Positions 8,426 through 18,326 of a DNA stretch of 64,000 nucleotides are shown piece by piece. The notes under the pieces are model-generated. The model had not been told where the DNA came from, ran no database searches, and was given only the letters and a program-made list of their open reading frames with translations. Position 1 is the stretch's first letter. Every line of letters starts with the position of its first letter. Location: the NCBI RefSeq assembly GCF_017745215.1, contig NZ_JAGHZV010000004.1:36931-100930 (forward strand), read 5' to 3'. The stretch comes from Sphingomonas sp. (GTDB taxonomy: Bacteria; Pseudomonadota; Alphaproteobacteria; Sphingomonadales; Sphingomonadaceae). Position numbers and translations under genes: made by a program.

Positions 8426-9388
8426 TCAGGCCGCCGTTTTCAGCCACCCCATGACCTGCGCCGCCAGCCGCAGGAAAACCTCGGCACCAGGCCCGTCGCC
8501 GGCCGCGGGCGGCTCGCCGGCGTCCGAGGCCTGGCGGATCGCCATCTCGAGCGGCACGCGGCCGAGGAAGGGCAGCTCCATCGCCGCCGCCGCGCTCTCG
8601 GCGCCGCCGCGGCCGAAGGGATCGGAGACTTCGCCGCAATGCGGGCAAGCATAGCCAGCCATGTTCTCGACGACGCCGATCACCGGGACCTCGGTCCGCT
8701 CGAACAGGTCGACCGCGCGCCGCGCGTCGATCAGCGCAAGATCCTGCGGCGTCGAGACGATCACCGCGCCCGCCGGCTTGTACTTCTGGACCATCGTCAG
8801 CTGGACGTCGCCAGTGCCCGGCGGCAGGTCGAGCACGAGAACCTCGGCATCGCCCCAGTCGGCATCCACCAGCTGGCCGAGCGCGCTCCCGGCCATCGGT
8901 CCGCGCCAGGCGATCGCCTGGCCTTCCTTCACCAGCGCGCCCATCGACAGCATCGGCACGCCGAACTTCGTCTCGATCGGGATCATCTTCTCGCCCGCCG
9001 CCTTGGGCTTCACGCCTTCGACGCCGAGCAGCTTGGTCTGCGAGGGGCCGTAGATGTCGGCATCGACGAGGCCGACCTTGAGCCCGCCGCGCGCCAGCGC
9101 GATCGCAAGGTTGGCGGCGACGGTCGACTTGCCCACCCCGCCCTTGCCGCTCGCCACCGCGATGAGCCGGCGCCGGGTGCGCTCGCTGGTCTGGAGCACG
9201 CGGACATCATCCACGCCCGGCAGCGCGAGCGCCGCGGCGCGGACGTCGGCCTCGAGCGCGTCGCGCACCGCGGCGGGCATGCCGGTCACGTCGAGGACGA
9301 TGCTCGCGCGCCCTTCCGAAAAGCGGACACTCGCGCGTCCGGCGGCGACGGGGGCGATCGCCGCCTGGATGGTTTCACGGTCGGTCAT
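8426..9388 (-). CDS. mrp: Mrp/ApbC/NBP35-family Fe-S cluster carrier ATPase
   Basis: 320 aa. Deviant Walker [11 protein letters not shown] and a CPHC motif. Internal ATG of ORF 8426..10243(-). Confidence 0.9.
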   Translation of the reverse strand: MTDRETIQAAIAPVAAGRASVRFSEGRASIVLDVTGMPAAVRDALEADVRAAALALPGVDDVRVLQTSERTRRRLIAVASGKGGVGKSTVAANLAIALARGGLKVGLVDADIYGPSQTKLLGVEGVKPKAAGEKMIPIETKFGVPMLSMGALVKEGQAIAWRGPMAGSALGQLVDADWGDAEVLVLDLPPGTGDVQLTMVQKYKPAGAVIVSTPQDLALIDARRAVDLFERTEVPVIGVVENMAGYACPHCGEVSDPFGRGGAESAAAAMELPFLGRVPLEMAIRQASDAGEPPAAGDGPGAEVFLRLAAQVMGWLKTAA

Positions 9389-9511
9389 GGCGCCGCACAT
9401 AGGCAGCGGGCCCGGCGCTGGCCACCCCGCCGCGCCCGAACGGGACATGCTTTCGGCACAATCGCGCGCACTGCCTCTGTAAATCCGCGCAACCGCACTT
9501 ATAAAGGCCGC

Positions 9512-10618
9512 ATGGCAAAACAGACGGGCGGGCTCGACGGAGCCGGCATCCTGCACAATGAGCCGCCGAAGAGCCCCTGGGGCAATGGCGGCAAGAACGA
9601 CGGCAACGGCGGCTCGGGAGGCGGATCCGGCGGCGGCGGCGGCCCGCGCAATCCCTGGAACTTCCCCCCCAACGGCAAGAAGTCGCGCCCCGGTGCCGCG
9701 TCGCTCGACGAGTTCATCAAGCGCGCGCGCGGCGGCGGCGGCCCGGGCCTTCCCGGCCTGCCCAGCGGCTGGCGGCTGTGGGCCGCGGTGGTCGGCGGCC
9801 TCGTCCTGATCTGGGTGATCTTCTCGTCGGTCCATGTCATCGGCCCGCAGGAGCGTGGCGTGGCGAGCCTGTTCGGCCGCTATTCGACGACGCTGACGCC
9901 CGGCTTCAAGTTCACGCTGCCCGCGCCGTTCATGACGGTCGACGTCGTCGATGTGCAGAACATCCACACCGAGACCTTCCCGAAGAACAGCGGCGACAAT
10001 CTGATGCTCACGAGCGACCAGAACATCGTCGACCTCACTTATTCGGTGCGCTGGGACATCTCGAACGCGCCCGACTTCGTCTTCCAGATCGCCGATCCGC
10101 AGGAGACGGTGCGCGCGACCGCGGAGAGCGCGATGCGCGCGGTGGTCGCCACCTCGACGCTCAACGAAGCGATCGGCGACGGCCGCAGCCGCATCGAAGC
10201 GCGCGTGCAGATCATGATGCAGCAGATCCTCGACGACTATCATTCGGGCATCCGCATCCAGGGCGTGGCGATCCAGAAGGCCGGTCCGCCCTCGCAGGTC
10301 GACGATGCCTTCAAGGCCGTGACCGCCGCGCAGCAGGCCGCGCAGGCGAACAAGAACAACGCCAATGCCTATGCCCAGCAGGTGATCGCGGCCGCGCAGG
10401 GCCAGGCCGCCGAGTTCGACAAGCTCTACGAACAGTACAAGCTCGCCCCCGAAGTCACGCGGCGGCGGATGTATTACGAGACGATGGAAGCCGTGCTCCA
10501 GAAGTCCGACAAGGTGATCGTCGAGGCGCCGGGGGTCACGCCCTATCTGCCGATCCCGGGGCTCAAGCGTCCCGATCCGCAGCCCGACCAGCCCGCCAGC
10601 CAGGGAGACGCCAAGTGA
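9512..10618 (+). CDS. hflK: FtsH protease modulator HflK
   Basis: 368 aa with a Gly-rich N-terminus, one TM segment and an SPFH/band-7 domain. Followed by hflC with an overlapping GTGA junction. Confidence 0.9.
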   Translation: MAKQTGGLDGAGILHNEPPKSPWGNGGKNDGNGGSGGGSGGGGGPRNPWNFPPNGKKSRPGAASLDEFIKRARGGGGPGLPGLPSGWRLWAAVVGGLVLIWVIFSSVHVIGPQERGVASLFGRYSTTLTPGFKFTLPAPFMTVDVVDVQNIHTETFPKNSGDNLMLTSDQNIVDLTYSVRWDISNAPDFVFQIADPQETVRATAESAMRAVVATSTLNEAIGDGRSRIEARVQIMMQQILDDYHSGIRIQGVAIQKAGPPSQVDDAFKAVTAAQQAAQANKNNANAYAQQVIAAAQGQAAEFDKLYEQYKLAPEVTRRRMYYETMEAVLQKSDKVIVEAPGVTPYLPIPGLKRPDPQPDQPASQGDAK

Positions 10619-11478
10619 CCAGCTGGCTCCGCAATCCGATCGCGCTCGTCAGCGCCGCGCTGCTGCTGGTGGTCCTGGCGATCAGCAGCTTCTCGATCGT
10701 CGACGAGCAGCACCAGGCCGTGATCCTCCGGCTCGAGCAGCCGCTCGGCAAGCCGATCAACGCCTACAAGCCCGGCGAGGTCTATGGCCGCACCGGCGCG
10801 GGCGTGATCTTCCACATCCCGTTCGTCGATCGCGTCGTCTGGGTCGACAAGCGGGTGCTCGACGTCGACCTGACCAACCAGCCGGTGCTCTCCACCGACC
10901 GGTTGCGGCTCGAGGTCGACGCCTATGCGCGCTTCCGCGTGGTCGATCCGCTCCAGATGGTGGTGACCGTCGGCACGGTCGATCGCGTGCGCGACCAGCT
11001 CGAGCCGCTGTTCGGCTCGGCGCTGCGCAACGAGCTCGCCAAGGTCCCCGCGTCGATGCTGCTGAGCCCCGAGCGCGGCGAAGTGATGGACGACATTCAG
11101 GCCTCGCTCCAGCGACTCGCCAGCCAGTACGGCGTCGAGATCGTCGACGTCCGGATCAAGCATGCCGACCTGCCGAGCGGATCGCCGCTCACCAGCGCGC
11201 TCGACCGGATGCGCACCGCGCGCCAGCAGGAAGCTGCGACGATCGAGGCGCAGGGGCTGAAGGATGCGCAGATCATCCGCGCCAACGCCTCGGCGCAGGC
11301 CGCGCAAATCTATGCCGCGAGCTTCGGCAAGGACCCGGAATTCTACAATTTCTACCGCGCGATGCAGTCGTACCGCACGACCTTCCTCGCGCAGACGCCG
11401 CAAAAGGGATCGACGCAGATCATCCTGTCGCCGCAGAACGGCTATCTCAGGGAGTTCATGAACGGGGGGCAACGGTGA
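10615..11478 (+). CDS. hflC: FtsH protease modulator HflC
   Basis: GTG start overlaps the hflK stop. 287 aa with an SPFH domain and an N-terminal TM segment. Confidence 0.9.
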   Translation: MTSWLRNPIALVSAALLLVVLAISSFSIVDEQHQAVILRLEQPLGKPINAYKPGEVYGRTGAGVIFHIPFVDRVVWVDKRVLDVDLTNQPVLSTDRLRLEVDAYARFRVVDPLQMVVTVGTVDRVRDQLEPLFGSALRNELAKVPASMLLSPERGEVMDDIQASLQRLASQYGVEIVDVRIKHADLPSGSPLTSALDRMRTARQQEAATIEAQGLKDAQIIRANASAQAAQIYAASFGKDPEFYNFYRAMQSYRTTFLAQTPQKGSTQIILSPQNGYLREFMNGGQR

Positions 11479-11572
11479 AGCTGTCCAGACGTTCATATTC
11501 AATTGGCGTTCAGCATTCCGGGGCGAAACTCGCCTCCGGACGCGAAACCCGTTTCTAAGAGGATTTCATCCC

Positions 11573-13084
11573 GTGCGTTACGCCTATGCCCTAGCCACCT
11601 CGCTTCTCCTCGGCGGCGCTGCCGCCACGCTCGCCCTCCACCAGCCCGCCGGCGCGCAGACCGCGCAGAACGAGCCCGGCGCGATCCAGGCCGCCGCGCC
11701 GCGCGGCGGCGCGCCGATGAGCTTCGCCGACATGGTCGCCAAGCTCCAGCCGGCAGTGGTCAACATCTCGACCACCCAGCGCGTGCAGGTGCAGACCAAC
11801 CCCTTCGCGGGCACGCCGTTCGGCGACCTGTTCGGCCAGCAGGCGCCGAGCAAGCCGGTGACGCGCCAGGCCGAATCGCTCGGCTCGGGCTTCGTGATCT
11901 CGGCGGACGGCTATGTCGTCACCAACAACCACGTCATCTCGGCGGGCGACCGCGGCGCGGTGGTCGAATCGATCTCGGTCAAGCTCGCGGACGGCCGCGA
12001 GTTCAAGGCCAAGCTGATCGGCCGCGACGCCCAGTCGGACCTCGCGCTGCTCAAGATCGACGGCGTGACCAACCTGCCGTTCGTCAAGTTCGGCGATTCG
12101 GGCAATGCGCGCGTCGGCGACTGGGTGGTCGCGATCGGCAATCCCTTCGGCCTGGGCGGCACCGTCACCGCGGGCATCATCTCGGCCGTGCACCGCGTCA
12201 CCGGATCGGGCGCCTATGACCGGTTCATCCAGACCGACGCCTCGATCAACCGCGGCAATTCGGGCGGCCCGATGTTCGATCTCAACGGCAATGTGATCGG
12301 CATCAACTCGCAGATCCTGTCGCCGACCGGCGGCAACGTCGGCATCGGCTTCGCGATCCCCGCCGAAGAGGCCAAGCCGGTGATCGACCAGCTGATGAAG
12401 GGCACCGCGATCAAGCGCGGCTACCTCGGCGTCGGCATGCAGGACGTGACCGACGACATCGCCGACGCGCTGGGCGTGCCCAAGGGCCGCGGCACGCTGG
12501 TGAGCCGCGTCGAGCCGGGCGAGGCCGCCGACAAGGCGGGCGTGAAGCAGGGCGACGTGATCGTTGCGGTGAACGGCAAGGACGTGACGCCCGACCAGAC
12601 GCTCTCCTATCTCGTCGCCAACGTGACGCCGGGCACCAAGGTGCCGATCCAGGTGATCCGCGACGGCAAGCCGATCACGCTCAACGTGACCGTCGGCACG
12701 CGGCCGAGCGAGGAGCAGCTCGCCGCGAACAACTTCGACCCGAACGACGACGGCTCGGGCGACGGCAATGGCGCGCCCGACGCGCAGGCGGCGTCGCTTG
12801 GCGTCGCGGTCCAGCCGCTCACCCCGCAGATCGCACAGAGCGTCGGCGTCGACCCCAAGACCAGCGGCCTGGTGGTGCTCGGCGTCGATCCTTCGAGCGA
12901 CGCGGCCGGCAAGGGCCTGCGCCGCGGCGACGTGATCGTCTCGGCCAACAAGGCGCCGGTCGGCAATGCCGGCGATCTCGCCAAGGCCGTGCAGGCGAGC
13001 AAGACCGCCGGCAAGGGAACGGTGCTGCTCTACATCCAGCGCCGCAACTTCGGCGCCTATGTGCCGGTCGAGATCGGCGGCTGA
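11573..13084 (+). CDS. degP: periplasmic serine endoprotease, DegP/DegQ (HtrA) family with two PDZ domains
   Basis: GTG start with AAGAGGA RBS and a signal peptide. Catalytic motifs TNNHVI and GNSGGPMF. Conserved hflKC-degP gene order. Confidence 0.9.
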   Translation: MRYAYALATSLLLGGAAATLALHQPAGAQTAQNEPGAIQAAAPRGGAPMSFADMVAKLQPAVVNISTTQRVQVQTNPFAGTPFGDLFGQQAPSKPVTRQAESLGSGFVISADGYVVTNNHVISAGDRGAVVESISVKLADGREFKAKLIGRDAQSDLALLKIDGVTNLPFVKFGDSGNARVGDWVVAIGNPFGLGGTVTAGIISAVHRVTGSGAYDRFIQTDASINRGNSGGPMFDLNGNVIGINSQILSPTGGNVGIGFAIPAEEAKPVIDQLMKGTAIKRGYLGVGMQDVTDDIADALGVPKGRGTLVSRVEPGEAADKAGVKQGDVIVAVNGKDVTPDQTLSYLVANVTPGTKVPIQVIRDGKPITLNVTVGTRPSEEQLAANNFDPNDDGSGDGNGAPDAQAASLGVAVQPLTPQIAQSVGVDPKTSGLVVLGVDPSSDAAGKGLRRGDVIVSANKAPVGNAGDLAKAVQASKTAGKGTVLLYIQRRNFGAYVPVEIGG

Positions 13085-13111
13085 TCCGGCCCAAATCGCG
13101 AAGCAACGAAG

Positions 13112-13144
13112 GGGCGGGAGCGGAAGCTTCCGCCCTTTTCGTTT
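13112..13144 (+). terminator. rho-independent terminator after degP
   Basis: GGGCGGGAGC-GGAA-GCTTCCGCCC hairpin followed by TTTTCGTTT. Confidence 0.75.
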
Positions 13145-13197
13145 CCGTGGGCTCCAATCCCCGCTATCGCCACCTCATCGGACGATGCCCCCTGAAT

Positions 13198-13225
13198 CGT
13201 CATCCCGGCTTTCGCCGGGATGACG
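13198..13225. repeat. family-1 palindromic element, 28-nt core hairpin
   Basis: CGTCATCCCGGCTTTCGCCGGGATGACG, identical to the copy at 17701. Confidence 0.85.
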
Positions 13226-13257
13226 GCTGAATTGATTGGGCGCTGGAAGGACTGGGA

Positions 13258-14901
13258 ATGGGCGAGACGATCTTCGTGGGCGCGGGAAGCGGCAAGCCCG
13301 TCGAGCTGGTGCTCAGGCGCGCCAACCGCCACGGGCTGATCGCCGGCGCCACCGGCACGGGCAAGACCGTGACCGTCCAGGGGATCATCGACAGCCTCTC
13401 GGCCGCCGGCGTGCCCTGCTTCGTCGCCGACGTGAAGGGCGACCTTTCCGGCCTCGCCATGGCCGGATCGCCCGCCGCCAAGCTCCACGAGACCTTCGCC
13501 GCGCGCGCCGCCGAGATCGGCTATGCCGGCTGGGCCTATGCCGACAATCCGGTGCAGTTCTGGGATTTGTTCGGGGCACAGGGCCATCCGATCCGCACCA
13601 CCGTCAGCGAGATGGGCCCGCTGCTGCTCGCGCGGCTGATGGACCTCAACGACGTGCAGGAGGGCGTGCTCACCATCGCCTTCACCGTCGCCGACAAGGA
13701 CCGGCTGCTGCTCCTCGACCTCGACGATCTCCAGGCGATGCTCGCGCATTGCGCCGAGCGCGCCGACGAGCTCACCACCACCTATGGCAACGTCTCGAAG
13801 CAATCGGTGGGCGCGATCCAGCGCTCGCTGCTCCAGCTGCGCAGCCAGGGCGGCGACGCCTTCTTCGGCGAGCCGGCGCTGTCTATGAAGGACTTCATCG
13901 CGAGCGACGACAGGGGCCGCGGCGTGGTCAACATCCTCGCCGCCGACAGGCTGATGGCGAGCCCCAGGCTCTACGCGACCTTCCTGCTCTGGCTGCTCTC
14001 CGACCTGTTCGAGAGCCTTCCCGAGGTCGGCGACCCCGACAAGCCGGTGCTCGCCTTCTTCTTCGACGAGGCGCATCTGCTGTTCGCCGACGCACCCAAG
14101 GCGCTGCTCGAGAAGATCGAGCAGGTCGTGCGGCTGATCCGGTCGAAGGGGGTGGGCGTCTATTTCATCACCCAGAACCCGATCGACGTGCCCGACAGCG
14201 TCGCGGGGCAGCTCGGCAACCGCGTCCAGCACGCGCTGCGCGCCTTCACGCCGCGCGACCAGGCCGCGGTCAAGGCCGCCGCCCGGACCTTCCGCGCCAA
14301 TCCGGGCGTCGACGTCGAGGTGGCGATCACCGAGCTGAAGGTCGGCGAGGCGCTGGTCTCGCTGCTCCAGGACGACGGCGCGCCCGCCCCGGTCGAGCGC
14401 GTGCTGGTCAAGCCGCCGGCGTCGCGCGTCGGCCCGGTGACGGCGGACGAGCGCAAGCTGCTGATCGAGACCGACGCGGTCGGCGCGAAATACGACGCGC
14501 GGATCGATCGCGAATCGGCCGAGGAGCTGCTCCACGCCAAGGCGGCCGAGGCGAGCGCGGCGGCGGCCGAGGCGCAGGCGAAGGACGATGCCGACAAGGC
14601 CGCGTCGGCGCAGGCCAAGGAGGACGCCCGGGCTGCCAAGGATGCCGAGCGCGCGCGCATCGCGGCGGAGCGCGACGCCGACCGCCAGGCGCGGCTCGAG
14701 GCCCAGGCGCAGCGCCAAGCCGAGCGCGAGGCGGCGAACAATCCGTGGAACCGCGCAGTGACCCAGGCGACACGCTCGGCGAGCAACGCGGCGGCGCGCG
14801 AAGTGGCGAACCAGGTGTCGAAGGCTGTGTTCGGCAGCTCGCGCGGCATCGGCGCGAGCCTCGTGCGCGGGCTGCTCGGAGGGCTGTTCAAGGGGCGGTG
14901 A
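13258..14901 (+). CDS. HerA-like ATPase, DUF853 (YjgR) family
   Basis: 547 aa. Walker A GATGTGKT near the N-terminus, DEAH-like FFFDEAHLLF, and a charged low-complexity Ala/Glu/Lys tail. Confidence 0.85.
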   Translation: MGETIFVGAGSGKPVELVLRRANRHGLIAGATGTGKTVTVQGIIDSLSAAGVPCFVADVKGDLSGLAMAGSPAAKLHETFAARAAEIGYAGWAYADNPVQFWDLFGAQGHPIRTTVSEMGPLLLARLMDLNDVQEGVLTIAFTVADKDRLLLLDLDDLQAMLAHCAERADELTTTYGNVSKQSVGAIQRSLLQLRSQGGDAFFGEPALSMKDFIASDDRGRGVVNILAADRLMASPRLYATFLLWLLSDLFESLPEVGDPDKPVLAFFFDEAHLLFADAPKALLEKIEQVVRLIRSKGVGVYFITQNPIDVPDSVAGQLGNRVQHALRAFTPRDQAAVKAAARTFRANPGVDVEVAITELKVGEALVSLLQDDGAPAPVERVLVKPPASRVGPVTADERKLLIETDAVGAKYDARIDRESAEELLHAKAAEASAAAAEAQAKDDADKAASAQAKEDARAAKDAERARIAAERDADRQARLEAQAQRQAEREAANNPWNRAVTQATRSASNAAAREVANQVSKAVFGSSRGIGASLVRGLLGGLFKGR

Positions 14902-14920
14902 GGCCCGACCTCTCCACGAT

Positions 14921-15026
14921 TTCTCCTCCCTGGAAGGGAGGGGTTAGGGGTGGGTTGCGCTCAGCGAGCCGGAGGGTTTGTGGAGACCCACCCACCCCCA
15001 GCCTCTCCCTTGCACGGACGGGAGAA
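14921..15026. repeat. family-2 (CCTCCCCTGGAAGGGGAGG-type) composite palindromic element
   Basis: TCTCCTCCCTGGAAGGGAGGGG, then GGGGTGGGT...ACCCACCCACCCC, then CCTCTCCCTTGCACGGACGGGAGA. Confidence 0.7.
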
Positions 15027-16106
15027 TCAGGACTCGTCGATCGCGATAGGGACCTCCCCCTCCCCCACGAACTCGCGCCACAACATCACCAGCACTGCCG
15101 CCACCGCCGGCCCGATGAACAGCCCGAGCAGTCCCAGCGTCTCGACTCCGCCCAGGATCCCGATCAGCACCCACAGGAACGGCAGCCGCGTCGCGCCGCC
15201 GATCATCGCGGGGCGGATGAAGTGGTCGGCGACGAAGATGATCGCGGTGCCCGCCGCCGCCACGATGATCGCGCCCATCACCGATCCCTGCACCACCAGC
15301 AGCAGCGCCGCGACGGCGAACACCAAGGGCGCGCCGAACGGGATCATCGCCGCCACCGCGGTCAGCGCGCCGAGCAGCAGCGGGTGCGGCACGCCGGCCA
15401 GCAGGTAGACGATCGCCATCAGCGCGCCGACCCCGAGCCCGACGAGAACCAGCCCGTCGATCGTGCCGCGCACCGATCGGATCGCCTGCACCCCGACGCG
15501 CTCGCCCGTCGGCCCGAACAGCCGCTCGCCGGCGACGCGCGCCTGCGCGATCAGACGATCGCGGTCGCGCAGCACGAAGAACAGCGTGAGCAGCGTGAAG
15601 CCGAAGGTCACCACGCGGTGGAGCACGCTCACCCCGATCGTCCGCGAGCGCGTGAGCCATTCGCTGCTGCTGAGCGCGCGGAGCTGCTCCGACGCGCCTT
15701 CGGGCGTGGCGAGATGCGCCTGCCACCAGCCGCGCACGGCATCGGCGCCGGTCGGCAGGTGGTTCACCCAGTCGGGCACCGGGATGCCCTGCGCCTGCGC
15801 GGTGGTGATCCACACCGCAATGTCGTGCGCCTCGCGCAGCGCCTGGCTGATCCCGAAGCCGAGCGGCGCGAGCACGACGAGCAGCGCGAGCAGGGTGATC
15901 GCACCCGGGATCACCACGCGGTGGGTGCCGTGCAGCCACTCGCGCAGCTTCAGGTGCAGCGGATCGACCGCGATCGCGATCACCGCCGCCCAGAGCAGCG
16001 CCGGCAGGAAGCCGCGGACGACCCACAGGCCAAGCAGCAACAGCGCGCCGACGAGCACCAGCCGCGCGATGCGCTGGGCAGCGGGGGAAGGTTGGGGCAG
16101 GTTCAT
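15027..16106 (-). CDS. AI-2E family transporter (PerM/UPF0118)
   Basis: 359-aa polytopic membrane protein with the typical family architecture. Confidence 0.85.
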   Translation of the reverse strand: MNLPQPSPAAQRIARLVLVGALLLLGLWVVRGFLPALLWAAVIAIAVDPLHLKLREWLHGTHRVVIPGAITLLALLVVLAPLGFGISQALREAHDIAVWITTAQAQGIPVPDWVNHLPTGADAVRGWWQAHLATPEGASEQLRALSSSEWLTRSRTIGVSVLHRVVTFGFTLLTLFFVLRDRDRLIAQARVAGERLFGPTGERVGVQAIRSVRGTIDGLVLVGLGVGALMAIVYLLAGVPHPLLLGALTAVAAMIPFGAPLVFAVAALLLVVQGSVMGAIIVAAAGTAIIFVADHFIRPAMIGGATRLPFLWVLIGILGGVETLGLLGLFIGPAVAAVLVMLWREFVGEGEVPIAIDES

Positions 16107-16194
16107 GGGCCGAACCTAGCGTCGAAACCGCGGGATTTATATCTCTCAACCGCGAGGAGTTGTCTGTGGGGCGATCATCCGCCACTTGACCCTC

Positions 16195-17676
16195 ATGACC
16201 CAACTTCCCCCCGCCGGCACCGAAGCCGCGCAGATCCTCGTCGACCTCGGTTGCCCGCTGCCCGCCACCGGTCGCCCCTCGCCGATCGACGGCAGCGCGA
16301 TGCCCGCAGTCCCTGACACGACCGACGTCGACGCCGCCATCGCGCGCTCGGTCACGGCCTTCGAGGCCTGGCGCCGGGTCCCCGCTCCCGTCCGCGGCCA
16401 GCTCGTCCGCCGCTTCGGCGAAGCGCTGCGCACGCACCGCGAGCCGCTCGGCCGGCTCGTCACGATCGAGACCGGCAAGCCGCTCAGCGAAGGCATCGGC
16501 GAAGTGCAAGAGATGATCGACATCTGCGAGTTCGCGGTCGGCCTCTCGCGCCAGCTCTACGGCCTCACCATCGCGAGCGAGCGCCCCGAGCACCACATGC
16601 GTGAGCTCTGGCATCCGCTCGGCCCCGTCGCGGTGATCAGCGCGTTCAACTTCCCGGTCGCGGTCTGGGCGTGGAACGCGTGCGTCGCGCTGGTCTGCGG
16701 CGATTCGGTGCTGTGGAAGCCGAGCGAGAAGACCCCCGTCACCGCGCATGCGGTCCAGGCGGTGTTCGACCGCGTCGCCGCCGAGTTCGACGCACCCGCG
16801 GCGCTCGCCCAGCTCGTCACCGGCGGGCGCGAGACCGGCGCGGCGCTCGCGGCCGACCCGCGCATCCCGCTCGTCTCGGCGACGGGCAGCGTGGCGATGG
16901 GCCGCGCGGTCGCCCAGACCGTCGCGGCGCGGCTCGGGCGCAGCCTGCTCGAGCTCGGCGGCAACGCCGCGACGATCGTCTGCCCTTCGGCCGACCTCGA
17001 CCTTGCGGTCCGCGCGATCGCCTTCGGCGCGGCAGGCACCACCGGCCAGCGCTGCACCACGACGCGCCGGCTGATCGTCCATGACTCGGTCTATGAGGCA
17101 CTGCTCCCGCGGCTGAGGAAGGCGTTCGCGTCGCTGCGCATCGGCGACCCGCGCGACCCCGCGACGCTGATCGGACCGCTGATCGACGAGGATGCGATGT
17201 TCGCGATGCGCCACGCGCTCGATCGCGCCCGTACCGAACGCGCCACCGTCACCGGCGGGGCCTGGCTCGAGGGAGGCTATGTCGAGCCCGCGCTCGTCGA
17301 GATGCCCGCCCAGTCCGACCTCGTCCGCGAGGAGACCTTCGCGCCGATCCTCTACGTGCTGCGCTACACCGATTTCGCCGAGGCGATCCGCCTCCAGCGC
17401 GACGTGCCGCAGGGGCTGTCCTCGTCGATCCTCACCAACGACCTGCGCGAGGCCGAAGCCTTCCTCTCCGCCACCGGCTCGGACTGCGGCATCGCCAACG
17501 TCAACATGGGCACCAGCGGCGCCGAGATCGGCGGCGCGTTCGGCGGCGAGAAGGAGACCGGCGGCGGCCGCGAGTCGGGATCGGATGCGTGGAAGGCGTA
17601 CATGCGCCGCCAGACCCAGAACGTGAACTACGGGCGGAGCCTGCCGCTCGCCCAGGGGGTGGAATTCGATCTTTAG
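16195..17676 (+). CDS. aldehyde dehydrogenase, ALDH7/piperideine-6-carboxylate dehydrogenase-like
   Basis: The ORF opens at TTG 16186; the first ATG is at 16195. Motifs EMIDICEFAVGLSRQLYG, FNFPVAVWAWN and ELGGNAA are typical of the ALDH7 branch. Confidence 0.9.
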   Translation: MTQLPPAGTEAAQILVDLGCPLPATGRPSPIDGSAMPAVPDTTDVDAAIARSVTAFEAWRRVPAPVRGQLVRRFGEALRTHREPLGRLVTIETGKPLSEGIGEVQEMIDICEFAVGLSRQLYGLTIASERPEHHMRELWHPLGPVAVISAFNFPVAVWAWNACVALVCGDSVLWKPSEKTPVTAHAVQAVFDRVAAEFDAPAALAQLVTGGRETGAALAADPRIPLVSATGSVAMGRAVAQTVAARLGRSLLELGGNAATIVCPSADLDLAVRAIAFGAAGTTGQRCTTTRRLIVHDSVYEALLPRLRKAFASLRIGDPRDPATLIGPLIDEDAMFAMRHALDRARTERATVTGGAWLEGGYVEPALVEMPAQSDLVREETFAPILYVLRYTDFAEAIRLQRDVPQGLSSSILTNDLREAEAFLSATGSDCGIANVNMGTSGAEIGGAFGGEKETGGGRESGSDAWKAYMRRQTQNVNYGRSLPLAQGVEFDL

Positions 17677-17700
17677 GGTGGGAACCCAGCCCACTTGAAT

Positions 17701-17728
17701 CGTCATCCCGGCTTTCGCCGGGATGACG
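17701..17728. repeat. family-1 palindromic element, 28-nt core hairpin
   Basis: CGTCATCCCGGCTTTCGCCGGGATGACG. Confidence 0.85.
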
Positions 17729-17801
17729 AAGAAGTAAGTCGCGGCATCCCTCCCCAACGCTCCTTCGCGCTCCCATATGGGCGGGCGAAGGAGACTTCCC
17801 C

Positions 17802-18188
17802 GTGTCCACTCGCCCCGTCCTCACGCCCGGCCCCGACCATCCCATCACGGTCGATCGCAACGCCAACCGGATCATCGTCCGCCTCGGCGAGCGCGTCATC
17901 GCCGACACGACCCGTTCGCTGACGCTGCGCGAGGCCAGCTATCCGCCGGTCCACTATATCCCGCGCGAGGACGTCGACATGGTGCAGCTCGGCGCCAGCG
18001 ACCACGCCACCTACTGCCCCTACAAGGGCTGGGCCGGCTATTTCAGCCTCCCCGCGCTCGGCGAGGCGGGCGACAATGCGGTGTGGACCTATGAGCAGCC
18101 CTATGACGCAGTCGCCGACATCGCCGGCCACCTCGCCTTCTACCCCAACCGCGTCGAGCTGACCGAAGCCGCGGCCCAGCAGGCCTGA
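17802..18188 (+). CDS. DUF427 domain protein
   Basis: GTG start with AAGGAG RBS. 128 aa with the CPYKGWAGYFSL motif typical of DUF427. Confidence 0.8.
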   Translation: MSTRPVLTPGPDHPITVDRNANRIIVRLGERVIADTTRSLTLREASYPPVHYIPREDVDMVQLGASDHATYCPYKGWAGYFSLPALGEAGDNAVWTYEQPYDAVADIAGHLAFYPNRVELTEAAAQQA

Positions 18189-18326
18189 CCACCGCCCTCC
18201 GGAGCGATGGCGCCGTAATGGCCTAAAAGTCGCTCCCGGCGCCGCGGCTTTCCGGCAATAAGCAAGGCCGACGGCCCGCCGGGGCGGAAGGGGGCCGCAA
18301 GCGCTCTTGCTGGGGGGAGGTTAGCC

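Noticed and set aside
9512-9720. Gly/Pro-rich low-complexity stretch (GNGGSGGGSGGGGGPRNPWNFPP) and the overlapping Pro-rich minus-strand ORF 9499-9840 as a separate gene or repeat protein.
   Set aside because: The Gly-rich segment is the usual cytoplasmic N-terminal tail of alphaproteobacterial HflK, and the antisense ORF is its mirror artefact.
17695-17922. Short ORFs with recurring peptides (PGFRRDD, VIPAKAGT, SSRRKPGPR, LPFQGRIE, MLKQVQHDD) that could be taken for a small conserved protein family.
   Set aside because: They are translations of the palindromic intergenic repeat elements read in different frames and strands. They have no RBS and no coding-type codon bias outside the repeat.
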